Position numbers and translations under genes: made by a program. DNA of 64,000 nt from Candidatus Shapirobacteria bacterium (GTDB taxonomy: Bacteria > Patescibacteriota > Microgenomatia > UBA12405), in assembly GCA_041659325.1 (NCBI GenBank), contig JBAZYN010000003.1:7296-71295 (forward strand). The letters are read 5' to 3'. Positions 59,681 through 64,000 of the stretch are shown piece after piece (position 1 is the first letter of the stretch; every line of letters begins with the position of its first letter). The notes below the pieces were generated by a model. It was not told the DNA's origin and did not search any database. It saw nothing but the letters and a program-made list of their open reading frames with translations.

Positions 59681-60445
59681 ATGGCAAATAGTGTTTCATG
59701 GAAAAAAATTTTTGACGAATATAAAATTCTTGAACATAATTTTGATGATTCGCCATATCCAATATCTGCAACTCAAATAAAGAGGGCCTGTCAAAATTAT
59801 AAGGAAACAGGAGAAAAGGAAGTGCGTATTTTATGTAAACAAGATTGCAGACACGACAGACCAACTATTTTCAAAGAAAATAATCTTTTTCTTCTACCAG
59901 TTAAAAATGGATTTTATAATATAATCAAGGGTGAGGGCTATACAGATATTCCCCAAATTACTGGAGAAGTAACCAATTATTCGTCAAAGCTCAATTTTTC
60001 TCTCGAAACAACATTAGTTGGTAATTCTGAAATGCAACATTTGGATTATGCGTATGCCGCCAGTTTAATTAGAACTTTCACAGATGATCCAACATTAGTA
60101 TTAACTATTAGGGGAAGAAAATATACCCCTGAATTTGATTTCTTTGTGGGGAAACAAAAAATTACAGTTTCAAGTGTCCAAACTGAAGTAGATGCTGGCT
60201 ATGAAGGAAAAGAGCAGATTGTATTAATCGAGGCAAAAAATTTTAGTGCTTCAGACGTAATTATTAGACAACTTTATTATCCGTTTAGACAATGGCAAAG
60301 TAAGACCAATAAAAAAGTGATTACCCTGTTTTTTGACAAGGAATTAAGTGAAAATATTTATTCAATTTGGCAATTTGAATTCGAAAATCCTGAAGATTAC
60401 AACAGTATAAAATTAGTTAAATCTGGTAAATATCAGATTGTATAG
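59681..60445 (+). CDS. putative type II restriction endonuclease (PD-(D/E)xK)
   Basis: QTEVDAGYE...IEAKN...IRQLYYP; lies between two methyltransferase genes. Confidence 0.75.
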   Translation: MANSVSWKKIFDEYKILEHNFDDSPYPISATQIKRACQNYKETGEKEVRILCKQDCRHDRPTIFKENNLFLLPVKNGFYNIIKGEGYTDIPQITGEVTNYSSKLNFSLETTLVGNSEMQHLDYAYAASLIRTFTDDPTLVLTIRGRKYTPEFDFFVGKQKITVSSVQTEVDAGYEGKEQIVLIEAKNFSASDVIIRQLYYPFRQWQSKTNKKVITLFFDKELSENIYSIWQFEFENPEDYNSIKLVKSGKYQIV

Positions 60446-61287
60446 CTAGTAATTACAACTTCTTTTATTTTGCCTCTTTTATTACCTTTACTGTTAATGG
60501 AACGTGCGGCATAAACTTCGTGAATATTTTTTTTGTATTTTTTATATAAATCCAAAACCAGTGGGGCGTTTGAATTACTAAGCATAATGAAACAGCCCCT
60601 ATTTGCCAATTCAACATAAATATCTCTCAATTTTCTTTGTTCCTCGGGACCGAATGAACTTTTAGAATAACTGGTGAAGTTTGACGTAGCGTTTAGGGGG
60701 CAATAAGGTGGGTCGAAATAAATAAAATCCCCTTTTTTACATTTATTTACAGACTCCTCAAAAGCCAGATCGGTTATTTCCGTATTTTTTAGGGCGTTTG
60801 AAACGGCTAGAATGTTTTCTCTATCACAAATGGTGGGGTTTTTTTGATCACCAAATGGGATATTATATTGCCCCTTGGAATTCTCCCTGTACATGCCGTT
60901 AAAACAAGTTTTATTTAAAAATATGAGATAGGCAGTTGTATTTAATTTATTAAGTTTATCGTTATTGTATATTTCTCTTTTTTTATAATAATCTTTTTCC
61001 TGTTCTTTGAAGGAAAGTTTTTTGTAGTTCGATTCCATGATCCCTAGGAGAGAAATTAATTCTTTGGGGTTTTGTTGAATTTGTTTGTAGGCGGTAATTA
61101 ACTTGCGGTTGATATCATTTATCGAAGCAAACGAGATGTCTCTTGATTGTTTTAGAGAAAAGAAAAGTGCTCCTCCTCCAACAAAAGGCTCGTAGTAGCG
61201 GGTAAATTTTTTCGGGAGATATTTTTCCAGTTCAGGTATTAATTTCCCCTTTCCACCTACCCATTTAATAAAAGGTTTTGCGTTCAT
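60433..61287 (-). CDS. Dam/DpnM-family adenine methyltransferase
   Basis: KWVGGK, EPFVGGG, NKTCFNGMYR.N..G.YN.PFG and DPPY motifs. Confidence 0.95.
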   Translation of the reverse strand: MNAKPFIKWVGGKGKLIPELEKYLPKKFTRYYEPFVGGGALFFSLKQSRDISFASINDINRKLITAYKQIQQNPKELISLLGIMESNYKKLSFKEQEKDYYKKREIYNNDKLNKLNTTAYLIFLNKTCFNGMYRENSKGQYNIPFGDQKNPTICDRENILAVSNALKNTEITDLAFEESVNKCKKGDFIYFDPPYCPLNATSNFTSYSKSSFGPEEQRKLRDIYVELANRGCFIMLSNSNAPLVLDLYKKYKKNIHEVYAARSINSKGNKRGKIKEVVITSYTI

Positions 61288-61396
61288 GTTTTATCTTTAT
61301 ATTTTACTTCGCCGGGTTGCTTTTATTCTACGCAGATTTAACAAGCAAGCGTTTGCCGAAGGAGAGTTCAAATCAGAGAAGAAATGAAAAGTAAAA

Positions 61397-61834
61397 TTAA
61401 CCCCGGAACAAAGAGAACTTGCCAGTAATTTCTTTTAATTCAACTGTTGTACCAAACAAGCAAATCCCATAGTATTCTAAATCCTGTTCCGATGATAACT
61501 TGGTTGCCCGGACTTGTTCTTCTGATGTGCCAACTGTCATGGTACTGGTGAAGTCGGTAAAGGGAATGCCCCTTTTAATTGCTTCGTTTCGGATAGTTCG
61601 AATTTTGTTGGAGTTATCGGCTTGAAGAACAATAAAAGGAAAATGGGAGATATTGGGGTGCTTGCCACCATCCTTGTCTTCATATTGCAAAAAGCACATT
61701 TCGTCTTGTTTCCCATACCCACCTGCTAAACCCGCAGTCATATGGCCTAAGGCGTTCATAAGTTTGCCGGTTTCAATTTTTTTATTTAAAACAGCGACAA
61801 ATCTTTTTGAATTTTCGTCGGGTAAATTGTTCAT
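61397..61834 (-). CDS. DUF2000 family (PTH2-like fold) protein
   Basis: GKLMNALGH, Y.D.DG..H..IS..P.IVL and L.Y.G....G...E....T.KFSL motifs. Confidence 0.8.
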   Translation of the reverse strand: MNNLPDENSKRFVAVLNKKIETGKLMNALGHMTAGLAGGYGKQDEMCFLQYEDKDGGKHPNISHFPFIVLQADNSNKIRTIRNEAIKRGIPFTDFTSTMTVGTSEEQVRATKLSSEQDLEYYGICLFGTTVELKEITGKFSLFRG

Positions 61835-61861
61835 ATTTTTTTATATATTATATCCCAATCC

Positions 61862-61890
61862 CGTTCGACGAGTGGAATGATTTTAGAACT
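61862..61890 (+). repeat. att-like scar
   Basis: CGTTCGACGAGTGGAATGATTTTAGAACT; the core is near-identical to 1858-1876. Confidence 0.6.
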
Positions 61891-62006
61891 GATAATTCAT
61901 TTCGGGAAGACATAAATCAGTATCGTCTGTCTTTATGAATTGTGATTCGTACATAGGTGAATACCATACCCTCTCGTTTACAAGCATAATGGGCAGCGAA
62001 AATAAT

Positions 62007-63242
62007 TCATTGCATAAAGGCGGGTAACCCATGCCTTCTAGTCTTATTTTCGATTGCCCTAGAAACCGCAGGCCATCTTGTGATATCAAATAATTCCAAT
62101 ATTCCAGCCGTCAAAACATAATCACTCCGATAAATATCACAGGCAACATGATCAAATACCTCCATTGCTCTTGTTAGATGGCTTCTTAACTCGTCGGTTG
62201 CTCTTTGAAAATGATTATGAGTTGGATTTATTCCTAGAAAATTATAGTTCTCCATTAAGCTTTGGGTCATTTTCTGAGGGTCAATTCTACCGCCCTCACC
62301 TCTTCTGGCCAAATAGTCAGCCAGCCCGGCCATATGTGCAAGTAACTCATCCTTAGCTGCCGCATAAGCCTGATTAGCCATCATTGTTAATTCCAGTGCG
62401 TGTTGATCATACGCCTCAACTCCTTCTGTTGTGTCAAATCTGAAACTATTATTTAGGATGTCTACATATCTTTTCTTTAGATTTTCAACCCCTTTCTCAT
62501 CGGTGTAACCCTCTGTAAATTCTTCATCAAGAATGTGACGGATATCATGATCTACTTCATGAGCTAATTTTCCATCAGTATTAACATGTTTAATCATTTT
62601 CTCAAAGTCACTAGTCACCTCAGCGATTGGGAAAACTAAAACTCGGTATCGACTAACCCGCGATTCTTCCCACAGCGATGGAGATAACCGCCCCTTGAGT
62701 AAAGCACCACCGGTCTCAGTCTTTCCTTCGCGAAGATTTCCAAATTGTGGAAAATCCTCCCCATCGTCATAAATGAAACAGACTCCGACTCTTCCATGAA
62801 AAAATACACCCAGATTACCTTGTGGTTCCTTTTCAAATAAATCCCTATAAAGATATTTGGCCACAAATTTATTGTATTCAACACTATCCATTGATGTTTC
62901 TTTGTCTACATTGGGAAAAAGATTAAAATAAGCAGTTTCTGCTCGTCCCATCGCTTCTGATAAATTTTGATCATATTTGTCCCACCGATCAAATACTCGC
63001 TTCATCCCATCAATTTCCCAATCGGACAATTCCGCTTCTTGAGCATGAGCAATGGCAGAAACCCGAATATCCTCGATAGAATCCACCACATTCATCGCTT
63101 CAACACTCTCTCTTCTTATACGACTCACCTGTTCGAGTTGCGCTATACGAAAGTCTAAACTGTTTCGTGGAATCTCTTTTGGAATCGCATATGGAGCTTC
63201 TTTGGGCTCTGCCAGTACTATCTCCCCGCCAGTTTCTGCCAT
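62007..63242 (-). CDS. hypothetical protein with HExxH motif
   Basis: 411-aa ORF with LAHEVDH and a downstream DELLA. Confidence 0.65.
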   Translation of the reverse strand: MAETGGEIVLAEPKEAPYAIPKEIPRNSLDFRIAQLEQVSRIRRESVEAMNVVDSIEDIRVSAIAHAQEAELSDWEIDGMKRVFDRWDKYDQNLSEAMGRAETAYFNLFPNVDKETSMDSVEYNKFVAKYLYRDLFEKEPQGNLGVFFHGRVGVCFIYDDGEDFPQFGNLREGKTETGGALLKGRLSPSLWEESRVSRYRVLVFPIAEVTSDFEKMIKHVNTDGKLAHEVDHDIRHILDEEFTEGYTDEKGVENLKKRYVDILNNSFRFDTTEGVEAYDQHALELTMMANQAYAAAKDELLAHMAGLADYLARRGEGGRIDPQKMTQSLMENYNFLGINPTHNHFQRATDELRSHLTRAMEVFDHVACDIYRSDYVLTAGILELFDITRWPAVSRAIENKTRRHGLPAFMQ

Positions 63243-63324
63243 AAATAAGTATATCAGTACCTAAAATTATTCTGACTCCACCGCGTCCTTCGGATTTTCA
63301 GCTCGCATTGAGCTCGCCGGAATG

Positions 63325-63396
63325 CTCCCCCGCGTGGATTCGGACCACGAACCTACCGCTTAACAGGCGGGCGCTCTACCATTGAGCTACAGGGGA
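63325..63396 (-). tRNA. tRNA-Asn(GTT)
   Basis: TCCCCTGTAGCTCAATGGTAGAGCGCCCGCCTGTTAAGCGGTAGGTTCGTGGTCCGAATCCACGCGGGGGAG folds as a cloverleaf with anticodon GTT; CCA not encoded. Confidence 0.93.
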
Positions 63397-63412
63397 ATGG
63401 TATATGTTGTTT

Positions 63413-63652
63413 TTAAATTCTAGTCTTGAGATATTTTCTGCCAAAACCAGTTTTTAAAGTTTTCTCCCTTTTGATAGCCAACTCTTTGTTGGTGCAACCT
63501 TCAAAATAGACTAATATGACCGGAAGTCTATCGCGAGTGGCAATTACTTTGCCGGAATTGTGAAGTTTTAGCCTATGTTTAAGATTATTAGTGTAACCAA
63601 TATAGATTCCATCATCTTTTAAACTCCTTAATACATAGGTGAAATAAAACAT
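63413..63652 (-). CDS. small GIY-YIG nuclease
   Basis: YTYVLRS....IYIGYT.NL..RL..HN.G and A..RE..LK motifs. Confidence 0.93.
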   Translation of the reverse strand: MFYFTYVLRSLKDDGIYIGYTNNLKHRLKLHNSGKVIATRDRLPVILVYFEGCTNKELAIKREKTLKTGFGRKYLKTRI

Positions 63653-63664
63653 AATTTAATGTTA

Positions 63665-63725
63665 CTACCATTGACTCGCCCGCAGGAGCTTCGCTCCAGC
63701 TTTCGCGAGCGGGGCTACAGGGGAA
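63665..63725 (-). repeat. duplicated 5' fragment of tRNA-Asn interrupted by a 39-nt hairpin
   Basis: CTACCATTGA (63665-74) plus GCTACAGGGGAA (63714-25) equals 63376-63397 once 63675-63713 is removed. Confidence 0.8.
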
Positions 63726-63909
63726 CGTAAAATTTTTCTTTGAAAAATTAACGTTCCTACAGCGTTTTCCGATTTACCGGAATTACGCTGGGAATAATTA
63801 ATTCTTTGAGAAAAATTATATTAAAGAGCGAGAGGGTCGTATGGGATTATATCATCGAAACTACGCCGATAAAATACCCTTTATTCGACCTTTTATTAAA
63901 CTGAGGCAA

Positions 63910-63985
63910 GAGGTTTTAAGATTGCCGCAGTCATTCCTTCCTTCGCAATGACGTGTTGACTTGGTCTAGAGGTTTTAAGATTGCC
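63910..63985 (+). repeat. REP-like direct repeats (AGAGGTTTTAAGATTGCC x2, with a GTCATT..AATGAC hairpin)
   Basis: 18-bp identical copies at 63910 and 63968. Confidence 0.6.
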
Positions 63986-64000
63986 ACTCCTTCCCTTCAA

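Noticed and set aside
1-64000. Alternative genetic code (TGA=Gly, as in Gracilibacteria/Absconditabacteria)
   Set aside because: Known families are full-length under code 11, and TGA serves as a normal stop, including in ATGA overlaps.
1-64000. Prophage, IS transposase, retron or DGR
   Set aside because: No structural, integrase, transposase or reverse-transcriptase ORF was recognised. The 'phage holin family' gene at 41546 is a YvlD-type host membrane protein.

Overview
This 64 kb window is an accessory-gene-rich bacterial region using genetic code 11. Gene content, many orphan ORFs, near-leaderless TATAAT promoters and a TTCGG-N6-TTCGG box suggest Patescibacteria/CPR, probably Microgenomates (inference). 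It ends in a minus-strand tRNA-Asn(GTT) and a GIY-YIG nuclease gene. Recognisable modules are a minimal [FeFe]-hydrogenase-like gene with a membrane partner, an ADP-forming acetate-CoA ligase, mltG, msrA/msrB, a PAS histidine kinase with two response regulators, a 1619-aa surface protein, a P-type ATPase, an ECF sigma/anti-sigma/target triad, a SRAP + small protein + dinB cassette, a stress cluster (GlsB, PQQ-dehydrogenase-cupredoxin fusion, SOD), a GT2 + GT39-GH8 operon, a nicotianamine-synthase-like gene and a DpnII-like RM locus. The most striking signal is non-coding. About 20 degenerate, co-oriented ~27-30 bp motifs lie between the cargo genes downstream of the tRNA. Several resemble the tRNA-Asn 3' end joined to a foreign arm, many sit flush with a stop codon or a -10 box, and they often carry REP-like insertions. 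I interpret this as an integron-like cassette array built by repeated integration at a tRNA, with no integrase in the window. A dispersed 11-bp-period TCTTAC box also marks a probable OmpR-family stress regulon. All calls are by eye; no database searches were run.
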